A stretch of 64,000 nt of DNA from Alphaproteobacteria bacterium (lineage in GTDB: Bacteria; Pseudomonadota; Alphaproteobacteria; UBA828), in NCBI GenBank assembly GCA_965221125.1, contig CBDCRW010000004.1:160001-224000 (forward strand), written 5' to 3'. The translations under genes and the position numbers were made by a program. Positions 35,577 to 45,819 of this stretch are shown in pieces. The stretch's first letter is position 1; each line of letters begins with the position of its first letter. Under the pieces are notes generated by a model. It saw nothing but the letters and a program-made list of their open reading frames with translations. It ran no database searches and was not told the DNA's origin.

Positions 35577-36677
35577 TCATGTTGCTGCCTCCTCCTCGCG
35601 TTCAGGGCGGGAGAGAACCTGCCCGGCGTGATTGAACAGGAGGCAGTGCGCGGGGTCGGGCTGCGCGTGGAGCCGGTCGCCGACCCGGCCCGCGAAGCCT
35701 GGCTCCACCAGGGCGTGCAGCTTGTTGCGGTTGTCGTCCTCGAGGATCACCACCGACTCCCGCCCGAGGTGCTCGACGGCGAAGACCGTGACCGGCAAGG
35801 CGCCGTCCGCGGGCTCGGTGCGAATGTGCAGATGCTGCGGGCGGATGCCGAGGGTCGCAGGGCCGGCGCCGCTGACCGGGAGAGCGGGCTCCACGGCAAC
35901 GTCCGTGGCGACGAAGCGCGCCCGCCCGGCCTCTGCGGCGATCTCGCCCTCGATCAGGTTCATGGGCGGCGAGCCCACGAAGCCTGCGACGAAGAGCGTG
36001 GCGGGCCGGTTGTAGATCTCGTCCGGCGTGCCGATCTGCTCCAGCCGGCCCTCGTTCATGACCGCGATGCGGTCGCCCATGGTCATCGCCTCCACCTGGT
36101 CATGGGTGACGACGATCATGGTGGTCCCGAGCCGCTTCTGCAGATTGACCAGCTCGGCGCGCAGGGTGAGCCGGAGCGCAGCGTCGAGCGCGGCGAGCGG
36201 CTCGTCGAGGAGGAACGCGCGCGGCTGGCGGACGATGGCCTTGGCCGTAGCGACGCGCTGACGCTCCCCGCCCGAGAGCTGGCTCGGCAGCTTGTCCAGC
36301 AGCGCCTCGATGCCGAGGACCGACGAGGCCTCCGCGATCCGCCTGTCGGTTTCCGCCCGGTCGAGCTTCTGCTTGGCGAGGCTCGTGCGGATGTTCTGCC
36401 GTGCCGTCATGTGGGGGTAGAGCAGCGACGACTGGAACACCATGGCGATGTTGCGCTGGTGCGGCGAGGCCGTGGTGACGTCGTCGCCGCCGAACAGCAC
36501 ACGGCCGGATGTCGGCGCTTCCAGGCCCGCGATGCAGTTGAGCGTCGTCGTCTTGCCGCAGCCGGACGGCCCGAGCAGCACCAGGAGCTCGCCGTTCTCG
36601 ATCGTCAGATAGAGATCGCGCACGGCGACGTGGCGATGGAAGGTCTTGTGCAGGCGATCGAGCTGGATACGGGACAT
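35577..36677 (-). CDS. Carbohydrate ABC transporter ATP-binding protein (MalK family)
   Basis: GPSGCGKTT, LSGGERQRV, DEPL, THDQVEA. Confidence 0.95.
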   Translation of the reverse strand: MSRIQLDRLHKTFHRHVAVRDLYLTIENGELLVLLGPSGCGKTTTLNCIAGLEAPTSGRVLFGGDDVTTASPHQRNIAMVFQSSLLYPHMTARQNIRTSLAKQKLDRAETDRRIAEASSVLGIEALLDKLPSQLSGGERQRVATAKAIVRQPRAFLLDEPLAALDAALRLTLRAELVNLQKRLGTTMIVVTHDQVEAMTMGDRIAVMNEGRLEQIGTPDEIYNRPATLFVAGFVGSPPMNLIEGEIAAEAGRARFVATDVAVEPALPVSGAGPATLGIRPQHLHIRTEPADGALPVTVFAVEHLGRESVVILEDDNRNKLHALVEPGFAGRVGDRLHAQPDPAHCLLFNHAGQVLSRPEREEEAAT

Positions 36678-36680
36678 GGC

Positions 36681-37547
36681 TCAGCGCACCGGGTCGACGA
36701 GGTTCATTTCAGCGATGTGCCGCTGCAGGAAGAATGCGACAAGCGCCGGCGGCACCATGGTCAGCACGACCGCTGCCGCCAGATGCGACGGCTCCGGATG
36801 CTGGAACAGGAAGCCGGAAATGGCGGTCGGCAGCGTGTTGGCGGTGGTGCCGTTCACCAACATCAGTGCATAGGTGTACTCGTTCCAGGAGAAGAGGAAG
36901 GCGATGACCGCCGCCACCGCGACGCCGCTTCGCCCCAGCGGCACGATGATCTTGACGAAGGTCTCGAAGCGCGAGAATCCGTCGATCCGCGCCAGCCGCT
37001 CCACCTGGGGCAGGTTGCGGAAGTAGCCGATCAGCATCCAGGTCACGAAGGGGATGGTGATCGTGAGCGTCACGATGATGAGGCCGACCAGCGTGCCCGA
37101 GAGGCCGAGGCGGACGTACATGGCGTAGAACGGGATGAGGGTCGAGACCGGCGGCAGCGCGACCGCGAGCAGGATCGCAAACAGCAGCTTGTTCTTGTGG
37201 GGAAAATCGAGGCGCGCGAAGACGTAGGCCAGCGGCAGCACCACGAACAGCGTCACCACCGTGACGACCGCCGAGACGATGAGGCTGTTCCCGAGTCCCC
37301 GGATGATCTGGTTGGCCTGGCCCGAGCCGCGGCGAACCAGGCCGTCGGCCATTTCGTACTCGAAGCCGAAGATGTTGAAGAAGGCGGCGGGTGTCGGTTC
37401 CAGGGGATAGAGAGGCTGCGGGAAGCGCGCGATCTCGTCGGGCGTCAGCAGGGAGTTCTTCAGGAACCAGTAGATCGGCAGCAGGGTCCAGATCAGGACG
37501 ACCGCAAGCGCCAGCCATGACCAGATCGTGGAGAGGCGCATCCTCAT
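36681..37547 (-). CDS. Carbohydrate ABC transporter permease (MalG-like)
   Basis: VERLARIDG, FSWNEY; start overlaps the upstream permease stop (ATGA). Confidence 0.92.
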   Translation of the reverse strand: MRMRLSTIWSWLALAVVLIWTLLPIYWFLKNSLLTPDEIARFPQPLYPLEPTPAAFFNIFGFEYEMADGLVRRGSGQANQIIRGLGNSLIVSAVVTVVTLFVVLPLAYVFARLDFPHKNKLLFAILLAVALPPVSTLIPFYAMYVRLGLSGTLVGLIIVTLTITIPFVTWMLIGYFRNLPQVERLARIDGFSRFETFVKIIVPLGRSGVAVAAVIAFLFSWNEYTYALMLVNGTTANTLPTAISGFLFQHPEPSHLAAAVVLTMVPPALVAFFLQRHIAEMNLVDPVR

Positions 37548-38443
37548 ATCGACCGCGCCTCCCGCCGGCCCCAGAAGGCGTAGAGAAGCAGCGTGGTGCC
37601 CAGGATCAGCGCCAGCAGCATGAAGGACATGGCAGCGCCGTAGCCGAGGTCGAGGTCCTTGAAGCTTTCCTTGTAGATCCGGTAGGTGAGCGTCGACGAT
37701 GACGTGCCCGGCCCGCCTCCCGAGAGGACGAAGATGAAGTCGAACAGCTTCATCGAGAGCACGGTCGTGATGCAGGTGAAGACGAAGAGCGTGAAGCGAA
37801 GCGGCGGGAGCGTCACGTTCAGGAACGTCCCCACCCGCGACATGCGGTCGATGGCCGCGAGGTCGTAGAGCCGGCTCGGGATCGTCTTGAGGTTGGCCAG
37901 CAGGAAGAACGCGACCAGCGGCGCCATGTTCCACGCGTTGCCGACCGCCAGCACCTCGATCACCCACTGGCGATTGACCACGTTCACCGCCTCCTCGATT
38001 CCCAGTGCGTAGGCGATGGCGGTGCCGATGCCGGTCTGCCCCTTGGCCAGATAGGAGAAGATGATCCCGGTGCCGTAAAGTGAGATGCACCAGGGCAGGA
38101 TCACGATGGTGCGCACCAGGCCGGCGAAGCGCATCTTGCGGTTGAGCACCAGGGCGATCAGCAGGCCGATCACCATCGCCAGCGCCACCGATTCCAGGGT
38201 GAACCGGACCGTGATCCAGAGCGATTTCTTGAACTTCCGGTCGTCGATGACGTCAGCGTAGTTTTCGGCGCCGACGAAGGTCGCCTTGTAGCCGCCAAAG
38301 AAGCTGATCTCGTGCACGCTCATCCAGAGCGCGTAGCCGAGCGGATAGGCGACGACCAGAACGAGAAAGACCAGAACGGGCAGCGCAAGCAGGAGAGAGA
38401 ACTGAAAGTTGGATAGCTCGGCGGTGCGCTGCTTGAGGCTCAT
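37544..38443 (-). CDS. Carbohydrate ABC transporter permease (MalF-like)
   Basis: LYDLAAID, SGGGPG, DLGYGAA. Confidence 0.93.
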   Translation of the reverse strand: MSLKQRTAELSNFQFSLLLALPVLVFLVLVVAYPLGYALWMSVHEISFFGGYKATFVGAENYADVIDDRKFKKSLWITVRFTLESVALAMVIGLLIALVLNRKMRFAGLVRTIVILPWCISLYGTGIIFSYLAKGQTGIGTAIAYALGIEEAVNVVNRQWVIEVLAVGNAWNMAPLVAFFLLANLKTIPSRLYDLAAIDRMSRVGTFLNVTLPPLRFTLFVFTCITTVLSMKLFDFIFVLSGGGPGTSSSTLTYRIYKESFKDLDLGYGAAMSFMLLALILGTTLLLYAFWGRREARSI

Positions 38444-38503
38444 CAGGACAGGGAAATCATGCCGGCGGACGGCCCCGTCGAGCCGCCCGCCGGCACGTCA
38501 GCA

Positions 38504-39841
38504 CTAGAGTCCGTACTTCTTGTTGAGGTCGGCGATCTCTTCGTTGATCGCCTCGATGGTCTCGACGATGTCACCGTCGTCCTGCAGGAACTCCTGCAGC
38601 GTCTCCTTGAGCCAGCTGTTGAACTCCTCGGCCCAGACGACGCTCCAGATGCCCTTCGGGTAGGGCGTCGCGGCGTAGACCCCGAGCACCGCCTGAATGT
38701 CCTCGGCGCGGGCGAGAGCGCTCTTCATCCGCTCTGCCGCCGCCTCGCTCTCCATCACCGACCTGTAGCCGGAGAAGAGCATGGACTCCTGCATCCAGCG
38801 GTTGCCGACGAAGACGTTGCCGGTCTGATCCTGGTAGCCGTACCAGCTGGCGAAGCGCTTCACGTCGTCGGTGTGGCCGTCGCCCCGCTCCCGGCTCGTC
38901 ATCAGGTAGACGGCGGAATCGAGCAGGCCCCAGCTCTGGCCCTGATAGGGCAGGAGGCTGGCGTGGCCGGCGATCTGCGAGCGGTCCTCGCGGTTGAAGG
39001 TCTCAAGATCGTAGAGCTGCTGCGGGCTGAAGACGTAGCGCCCCGACGCATAGGCGTCGATGTAGGAGCTCTCGTTGTAGGTCAGCACCTCTTCCGGCAC
39101 CAGGCCGTCGTTCCAGATGCGCTTCCAGTCCTCGAGCGTCTTGTAGGCCGCGCCGTCCGCATCGGTGGTGAGCAGAGGCTCGTGGGTGTCGGGATGGGCA
39201 ACCTCGCCGCCCCGGTTCATCACCTCGAAGTCGAAGGCCCAGGAGATGCCGTACCACTCGTTGATCCAGTGCGGCAGGAAGGGCTGGTCGAGGCCCTTCT
39301 CACGCATCTCGTAGAGCTGGTCGTAGAGGGCATCCCAGTTCGCGGGGAAGTCCGCGTCCGAGTAGCCGAGCTCGTAATACTTCTTGAGGTTGACGTGCAT
39401 CACGCCCCGCGTGCTCACGAAGTAGGAGAGCCCCAGCAGGTTGCCCTTGTAGGTCCAGGCATCGAGGATGTTGGGGTACATGTCCGCCTTGATGGCATCG
39501 ATGTTCGGCAACGCATCGGCCGGCATGATCCAGCCGCCGTCGAAGTAGCGGCCGGCCTGGGACGGGTTGGCGTAGAGCACGTCGAGCTCCGCGCCCGCCA
39601 TCAGGTTCTGCTCCATGATCGCCGGGTAGTCGCCGGTGACCGTCGCGTAGTCGACGTTGCCGCCTTGCTCGGCGTTGTAGCGATCGACATTGTCCTGGAC
39701 GATGTCGGTCTTGTACTGCCAGCCGCGGAAGAAGACCGTCTCGCCGCTCTGGGCTTCCAGCCCACTGTCTGCGAGCGCGGCGCCGGTCATCAACACAAGC
39801 GCGCCTGTAATTGCTATTGCTGTTACGCGGAGTTTCATCAA
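38504..39841 (-). CDS. Carbohydrate ABC transporter extracellular solute-binding protein
   Basis: Signal peptide ending ALA, FPANWDALY; first gene of a MalFGK-like operon. Confidence 0.88.
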   Translation of the reverse strand: MMKLRVTAIAITGALVLMTGAALADSGLEAQSGETVFFRGWQYKTDIVQDNVDRYNAEQGGNVDYATVTGDYPAIMEQNLMAGAELDVLYANPSQAGRYFDGGWIMPADALPNIDAIKADMYPNILDAWTYKGNLLGLSYFVSTRGVMHVNLKKYYELGYSDADFPANWDALYDQLYEMREKGLDQPFLPHWINEWYGISWAFDFEVMNRGGEVAHPDTHEPLLTTDADGAAYKTLEDWKRIWNDGLVPEEVLTYNESSYIDAYASGRYVFSPQQLYDLETFNREDRSQIAGHASLLPYQGQSWGLLDSAVYLMTSRERGDGHTDDVKRFASWYGYQDQTGNVFVGNRWMQESMLFSGYRSVMESEAAAERMKSALARAEDIQAVLGVYAATPYPKGIWSVVWAEEFNSWLKETLQEFLQDDGDIVETIEAINEEIADLNKKYGL

Positions 39842-39973
39842 CTTTCTCCTCCTTCCCTAGGGTCAGTAAGTTCACCTTGCTCAACTCTGCGATCACGCGA
39901 GCATGTTCCAGGCCGAGTGTACACACCTCCCGTTGGGGTCGCCAAGACCGCGAAGTCGGGTGTTTCGCGACTT

Positions 39974-39998
39974 TACCTGGATATACCTGGATACAGGT
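39974..39998. promoter_or_regulatory. Operator-like tandem repeat/palindrome in a divergent promoter region
   Basis: TACCTGGATA twice in tandem (39974-39993), overlapping the inverted repeat ACCTG-GATA-CAGGT (39985-39998). Confidence 0.4.
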
Positions 39999-40149
39999 GG
40001 ACCCAAGACTCCGAATTGATCCAATAGGCCCCGGTTGGTCCCTGGTGGGCGGAGGAGCCGTGCTCGCTGCGGGTTGAGGTCTGTCGTACAGTCGCGTTGC
40101 TGGCACCCGTCCTGGGTGTTGTAGTGGTTGCCGGAGGAACGCTGCCTCA

Positions 40150-40362
40150 ATGCTCCGCGAGACCAGCGCGCGACAGTCACTTGCCGAGGACGTTCAGACC
40201 CGTGCGCGGGCGGGCGGACTCGCGCTGGACGCGAAGCGGGCCGCTGCGCTCGCACCCATATGCGACGCGCTCGCAGAAGCCGACCGCCGCCTCCGCGCTC
40301 TGCGGATGATCGAGAGTGCCGCTGCTGGTCCGCCTTGGGGGCAGGAAGAGCGCGATGGCTGA
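40150..40362 (+). CDS. Small hypothetical protein, possible GatC/AtzG-like amidase partner
   Basis: 70 aa helical-looking ORF whose stop overlaps the amidase start by 8 nt. Confidence 0.5.
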   Translation: MLRETSARQSLAEDVQTRARAGGLALDAKRAAALAPICDALAEADRRLRALRMIESAAAGPPWGQEERDG

Positions 40363-41731
40363 CGCTGACGCCTTCCGCTCCATCGAATCACTCGGCGCGG
40401 ACTACCGCCGCGGCGCGCTGACTCCGACTGCGGTCGCGGAAACCTGCCTGGCGCGGATCGAGCGCTACGACGGCCCGCTCAACGCCATCGTCCCCGGCCT
40501 CGCCGACGAGGCCGGCGCCGAGGCCGCGAGGGCCGGGGAGGAACTGGCGGCCGGCCATGATCGCGGCCCTCTCCACGGCATCCCCATCGGCATCAAGGAC
40601 CTTGTCGATATCGCCGGCACGGTCACCGGCTTCGGCTCCGATCCCGTGTTTGCCGCCCGCGCCGCGCGGGACGCCGCCATGATTGCACACCTGCGCGCAG
40701 CGGGCGCCGTCCTGGTCGCCAAGACCAACCTGCTCGAATTCGCCTACGGCGCGGTCAATCCCCGGGTGGGGCAGACCAACAACCCGTGGGATGAGGCCCG
40801 CACCGCCGGCGGCTCCAGCGGCGGCTCGGCGGCGGCCGTCGCCGCCGGCCTCTGCCATGCGGCCGTTGGCACCGATACCGGCGGCTCGATCCGCATCCCC
40901 GCCGCCTATTGCGGCGTGGTAGGGCTGAAGCCGACCCATGGCCTCGTGCCGCTCGCGGGCGTCTCGATGCTCTCCTGGTCCCTCGATCACGCCGGGCCGA
41001 TGGCGCGGAGCTGCGCCGATGCGGCGGCGCTGCTCGGCGGGCTTACGGGCACGACTGTCGACGCGAGGCCGCAACCGCTCCGCGGCCTCCGTTTCGGCCT
41101 CATCGCGGCGCTCAGGGACGACGACGCCACCACGCCCGGCGTTCGCGCCGGCATGGAGGACGCCTGCGCCGCCTTACGCGATGCGGGCGCTGCCGTGGAG
41201 GAGGTCGAGATCGAGGGGCTCTCGGAATCGGCCGAGGCCCTGCTTCACGTGCTGCTGCCGGAGACGAGCGTGATCCTCGGGCATCTTCTCGACGAGCACC
41301 CCGAAGCGCTGGCGGAGCAGACCCGCGCGCAGCTGGAGCTCGGCTTCGCGCTGCCGGCCACCGCACACGTCCGCGCGCAGCAGTTCCGGCGCTTCCTCGG
41401 CCAGCGCTTCCTGGACCAGCTTGCGCGCTACGACGTTCTGCTCTCGCCGGGCGTCCCATGGGAGGCGCCGCCGGAGGATCCGGCAATCGACGGCGCGGAG
41501 GGCTACGGCGAGATGCTGTGCAGCGCGCCCACCAACCTCTGCGGCCTGCCGAGTCTCGTCCTCCCCTGCGGGCGGGGGGAGGGCGGCATGCCCGTGAGCC
41601 TGCAGCTCATCGGCCCGCCCCACAGCGACGATCGCCTGCTTCAGATCGGCGCGGCGCTCGAGCCCGCGTTCCCGCTCGGACCGCCGCCCGGATACGGCGC
41701 GTCGCTGTCGGCGGCGGAGGGTTTCGGGTAG
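40355..41731 (+). CDS. Amidase signature family enzyme (GatA/AtzE-like)
   Basis: [43 protein letters not shown]. Confidence 0.96.
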   Translation: MADADAFRSIESLGADYRRGALTPTAVAETCLARIERYDGPLNAIVPGLADEAGAEAARAGEELAAGHDRGPLHGIPIGIKDLVDIAGTVTGFGSDPVFAARAARDAAMIAHLRAAGAVLVAKTNLLEFAYGAVNPRVGQTNNPWDEARTAGGSSGGSAAAVAAGLCHAAVGTDTGGSIRIPAAYCGVVGLKPTHGLVPLAGVSMLSWSLDHAGPMARSCADAAALLGGLTGTTVDARPQPLRGLRFGLIAALRDDDATTPGVRAGMEDACAALRDAGAAVEEVEIEGLSESAEALLHVLLPETSVILGHLLDEHPEALAEQTRAQLELGFALPATAHVRAQQFRRFLGQRFLDQLARYDVLLSPGVPWEAPPEDPAIDGAEGYGEMLCSAPTNLCGLPSLVLPCGRGEGGMPVSLQLIGPPHSDDRLLQIGAALEPAFPLGPPPGYGASLSAAEGFG

Positions 41732-41906
41732 AGCGCGTCCGTCATAGACGGACGCGCGACAGGCCGCGACCGCGGCCCGCCGCGAATGCGGCGCGCCCGC
41801 GCAGGCGCCGGTCGTCGCGCCGATAGGCGCGCGCAAGCGCACGACGACCGGCTGCCGTGAGCGACAAGGACTCGGAGCGTTTCCGTGTGAGACGGAAACG
41901 CTCTAG
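41729..41906. repeat. Structured intergenic repeat, copy 1 (178 bp; REP/RIME/MITE-like)
   Basis: Begins TAGAGCG and ends CGCTCTAG. Terminal hairpins GCGCGTCCGTC-ATA-GACGGACGCGC and GAGCGTTTCCGT-GTGAG-ACGGAAACGCTC. Homologous to 47335-47483. Confidence 0.85.
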
Positions 41907-41948
41907 AGTGATCCCCTGCCCGCGCTCGAAGGGGAGCGTCGCGCACGG

Positions 41949-42887
41949 ATGCAACGGTTCAAGTTCGTTCTTTATCGGCCGATTCAACTGATCCCGGTTC
42001 TGTTCGGGATCAGCATCATCACCTTCGTGATGATCCAGTCGATTCCGGGCGATCCCATTCGCACCCTGCTGGGCATCAAGGCGACACCCGAGGCGGTCGA
42101 GCGCGTGCGCGCCCACTACGGGCTCGATGAGCCGATCATGGTGCGCTACGGCTACTTCCTCAAGAACCTGGTCAACGGCGACATGGGCCGCTCGCTCGTC
42201 TACCGCGCGCCTGTCATGGAGATCGTGGGCGAGCGGGTGGGCGTCACGCTGTTCCTGCTGGTCTACGGCGTTCTCTTGTCGCTCGTGCTCACCCTGCCGC
42301 TTGCGATCGTGGCGTCGCTCTACCGCGGCCGACCACCAGACCATGCCATCCGTGTGTTCTCCACGGCGGGGCTCGGCTTCCCGCAGTTCTGGATCGGAAT
42401 CATGCTGATCCTTGTGTTCAGCGTGTGGCTGAAGCTGTTCCCGGTCTCAGGCGCGGGCGTGACCTTCGTGGAACGATTGCATCATCTATTCCTGCCGGCG
42501 TTTACCATCGCGCTCGCACTGTCGGCGGTGCTGACGCGCAACCTGCGCGCGAGCCTGCTGGCCGAGATCGATTCCGACTACGTCGCCGCGGCGCGCGCCA
42601 AGGGGCTGCCCGGCGCCTGGATCTTCACGCGCCACGTCTTCCGCAACTCGCTGATCCCGACCATCAACTTGCTCGGCGTGAACATCGGCTGGCTGATCGG
42701 CGGCACCGTGGTGATCGAGACGGTGTTCTCGGTTCCCGGCCTCGGCTGGCTGCTGACGCAATCCATCTTCGCGCGCGACTACATGACCGTGCAGGCGGTG
42801 GCGCTCGCCTTCGCCTTCGCCACGGTCGTCGTCAACTTCGTGGTCGACGTGGCGACCGTCGCCCTCGACCCGAGGATCAAGATGTGA
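41949..42887 (+). CDS. Dipeptide/oligopeptide ABC permease (DppB-like)
   Basis: IPGDP, DMGRSL, LFLPAFT, DYVAAARAKGL, VIETVFSVPGLG. Confidence 0.95.
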   Translation: MQRFKFVLYRPIQLIPVLFGISIITFVMIQSIPGDPIRTLLGIKATPEAVERVRAHYGLDEPIMVRYGYFLKNLVNGDMGRSLVYRAPVMEIVGERVGVTLFLLVYGVLLSLVLTLPLAIVASLYRGRPPDHAIRVFSTAGLGFPQFWIGIMLILVFSVWLKLFPVSGAGVTFVERLHHLFLPAFTIALALSAVLTRNLRASLLAEIDSDYVAAARAKGLPGAWIFTRHVFRNSLIPTINLLGVNIGWLIGGTVVIETVFSVPGLGWLLTQSIFARDYMTVQAVALAFAFATVVVNFVVDVATVALDPRIKM

Positions 42888-43747
42888 CGATCGCGACACT
42901 GGAGCGGGCGCTGCCCGAGCGCCGCCCCTGGCAGATCCGCTTCGGCAACCATCCGGCGGTGCTCTATGCCGGGGCGGGGGTCGTGCTCGTCTGGTTCATC
43001 ATCGCCGTCTTCGCCGACGTGATCGCGCCCTACGAGCCCAACGCCCACAACCTGAAGGAGGTCCTGCAGTCGCCCAACTGGGTCCACTGGCTGGGGACCG
43101 ACAACTTCGGCCGCGACGTGCTGTCGCGCATCATCCACGGCACGCGCATCGACCTGCAGATGGGCATCGTCGGCGTGGCCCTACCCTTCATCATCGGCAC
43201 CATGCTGGGCGCCATCGCCGGCTACTTCGGCGGCATCGTTGACACCATCCTCATGCGCATTCTGGACGTGGTGCTGGCCTTCCCCTGGCTGGTGCTGCTG
43301 ATGGCCATCATCTCGCTGCTGGAGCCCGGCCTCACCAGCTTCTACATCGCGATCACCCTCGTCGCCTGGGTGTCCTACGCCCGGCTCGTGCGCTCACAGG
43401 TGCTGGTGCTCAAGAACAGCGACTTCGTGGTGGCGGCGCGCAGCCTCGGCTACGGGCACGCGCGTATCATGTTCCGCCACATCCTGCCCAACGCGCTGGT
43501 CCCCTCCATCGTGTTCTCGATGTCCGACGTCGTGCTCGTGATCCTGGCCGGCTCCGCCATCAGCTACCTCGGCCTCGGCGTGCAGCCGCCCACGGCCGAG
43601 TGGGGCGTGATGATCGCGGAAGGGCAGAACTTCATCTTCACCGCCTGGTGGATGACGACCTTCCCCGGGCTCGCCATCGTCTTCCTCGCCCTCGGGTTCA
43701 GCCTTCTCGCCGACGGCCTCGGCGAGAAACTCGGCATCAGGGAGTGA
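42884..43747 (+). CDS. Dipeptide/oligopeptide ABC permease (DppC-like)
   Basis: GTG start overlapping the dppB-like stop; HWLGTDNFGRD, FRHILPN, LGLGVQPPTAEWG. Confidence 0.95.
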   Translation: MTIATLERALPERRPWQIRFGNHPAVLYAGAGVVLVWFIIAVFADVIAPYEPNAHNLKEVLQSPNWVHWLGTDNFGRDVLSRIIHGTRIDLQMGIVGVALPFIIGTMLGAIAGYFGGIVDTILMRILDVVLAFPWLVLLMAIISLLEPGLTSFYIAITLVAWVSYARLVRSQVLVLKNSDFVVAARSLGYGHARIMFRHILPNALVPSIVFSMSDVVLVILAGSAISYLGLGVQPPTAEWGVMIAEGQNFIFTAWWMTTFPGLAIVFLALGFSLLADGLGEKLGIRE

Positions 43748-44730
43748 TGGGAGAGATCCTGCAGGTCGAGAATCTGGCGGTCGAGGTCGTGACGCCGGCG
43801 CGCACGCTGCGCGCCGTCGACGGCGTGACGCTCTCCCTCGACGAAGGCGAGGTCCTGGGCCTGGTGGGCGAGAGCGGCTCGGGCAAGACGCTCACCTGCC
43901 GCGCCGTCATCGGCTTGCTGCCGAGCCGGCGGCTGCGCATCGCGGACGGCGCCATCCGGCTCGACGGCCGGGACATCACCCGGCTCACCGAGGACGAGAT
44001 GCGCGGCGTGCGCGGGCGCGAGATCGGCATGATCTTCCAGAACCCCACCTCGCACCTCGACCCGCTGATGACCATCGGCAACCAGATCGCGGAATCGCTG
44101 CGGGTCCATGACGGCCTGCCGGCCAGGGAGGCCCTGGAGCAGGCGGCCGAGCTGCTGCGCCAGGTGGGCGTGCCGGACCCCCGCACCCGCATCCACAACT
44201 ACCCGCACGAGTTCTCCGGCGGCATGCGCCAGCGGGCGATGATCGCAGCGGCCTTGGCCTGCCGGCCCCGTGTCCTCATCGCCGACGAGCCGACCACCGC
44301 GCTGGACGTGACCGTGCAGGCGCAGATCCTGCGGCTGCTGCTGGACCTGAGAGACAGGCGCGGGCTTTCCATCATCCTCGTGACCCACGATCTCGGCGTT
44401 GTTGCCCAGGTCTGCGATGCAATCGCGGTGATGTATGGCGGCCAGATCGTGGAGCGCGCCGCCAAGGCGGAACTGCTGCGCCGCCCGCTGCACCCCTATT
44501 CGCGCGGGCTCATCGCCTCGCAGCCGGGCTCCGCCGAGCCGCTCAAGGAGCTGCCGACGATACCCGGCCAGCCGCCCGCGATCGCCGCCATGCCGAGCGG
44601 GTGCCGCTTCCATCCCCGCTGTTCGCTGGCGGAGGAGGCCTGCCGGCACGAGCCGCCGGTGCTGACCGCCGCGGCCCACGCCCACGAGACGGCGTGCCGG
44701 CGCTGGACCGCGCTGGTGGAGGCGGCGTGA
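43747..44730 (+). CDS. Dipeptide/oligopeptide ABC ATP-binding protein (DppD-like)
   Basis: [39 protein letters not shown]. Confidence 0.96.
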   Translation: MGEILQVENLAVEVVTPARTLRAVDGVTLSLDEGEVLGLVGESGSGKTLTCRAVIGLLPSRRLRIADGAIRLDGRDITRLTEDEMRGVRGREIGMIFQNPTSHLDPLMTIGNQIAESLRVHDGLPAREALEQAAELLRQVGVPDPRTRIHNYPHEFSGGMRQRAMIAAALACRPRVLIADEPTTALDVTVQAQILRLLLDLRDRRGLSIILVTHDLGVVAQVCDAIAVMYGGQIVERAAKAELLRRPLHPYSRGLIASQPGSAEPLKELPTIPGQPPAIAAMPSGCRFHPRCSLAEEACRHEPPVLTAAAHAHETACRRWTALVEAA

Positions 44731-45755
44731 GCGCGCTGCTCGAGATCGAGGATCTCGACGTCCATTTCGCGCTGCCGCTTGGGCTCAGCGGGCTGGTGTC
44801 CAAGCGTCTGCGGCGCAAGGTGCGCGCGGTCGACGGCGTGAGCCTCGCTCTCAGGCGGGGCGAGACCCTGGGCCTGGTGGGGGAGAGCGGATGCGGCAAG
44901 ACCACGCTGGGCCGCGCCGCGCTTCGGCTCATCCCGGCCTCAGGCGGCGCCATCCGGTTCGACGGCGAGGATGTCAGGGCGCTCAAGGGCGAGAGGCTGA
45001 AGGGCTTCCACCGCCGCGCGCAGATGATCTTCCAGGACCCGCACTCCTCGCTGAATCCGCTCTACAGCGTCGGCCGGACGCTGCGGGAGGTGCTGGAGGT
45101 GCACAAGCTGTGCCCGGCGGCGGAGATGCGCGGGCGGATCGCCGAGCTGCTCGTCCAGGTCGGGCTGCAGCCGGAGCTGATCGACCGCCGGCCGTCGGCG
45201 CTGAGCGGCGGCCAGTGCCAGCGCGTCGGCATTGCCCGTGCGCTCGCGGTCGAGCCGGAGCTGATCGTCGCGGACGAGTCCGTCTCCGCGCTCGACGTCT
45301 CGATCCAGGCGCAGGTGCTCAACCTGCTGATGCAGCTTCAGCGCGAGCTGCATCTCACCATGATGTTCATCTCCCACGACCTCTCCGTGGTCCGCCACCT
45401 CTGCCAGCGGGTCGCGGTGATGTACCTCGGGCGCATCGTCGAGCTGGGGCCGACGGAGGAGATCTTCGCGGCACCGAAGCACCCCTACACGGTCTCGCTG
45501 ATCGAGGCGATCCCCAAGATGGCGCCGGACGCGCGGCTCGGCGAGGCGCTGCTCTCGGGCGAGCCGCCGAGCCCCATCGACGTGCCCCGCGGCTGCGCCT
45601 TCCATCCGCGCTGCGATAAGGCGATGGACGCGTGCCGGAACGGCACCGTGCCTCGGCTGCGCACCCTCGGCGCGGTCGATGTCCGCTGCCACCTCTACGG
45701 CGACGGCGCGACGGCGCAGGACCGCGGCGTTGCCTCGCCGCCGAGCGTCGGCTAG
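44727..45755 (+). CDS. Dipeptide/oligopeptide ABC ATP-binding protein (DppF-like)
   Basis: GESGCGKTT, LSGGQCQR, ALDVSIQAQ, PKHPYT, GCAFHPRC. Confidence 0.96.
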   Translation: MSALLEIEDLDVHFALPLGLSGLVSKRLRRKVRAVDGVSLALRRGETLGLVGESGCGKTTLGRAALRLIPASGGAIRFDGEDVRALKGERLKGFHRRAQMIFQDPHSSLNPLYSVGRTLREVLEVHKLCPAAEMRGRIAELLVQVGLQPELIDRRPSALSGGQCQRVGIARALAVEPELIVADESVSALDVSIQAQVLNLLMQLQRELHLTMMFISHDLSVVRHLCQRVAVMYLGRIVELGPTEEIFAAPKHPYTVSLIEAIPKMAPDARLGEALLSGEPPSPIDVPRGCAFHPRCDKAMDACRNGTVPRLRTLGAVDVRCHLYGDGATAQDRGVASPPSVG

Positions 45756-45819
45756 CGTCAAAGAAATGCCTGTGCTGCAGCACGGAGCCTAGAAGAATCA
45801 ACGGAGAAGGGAGGAAACC

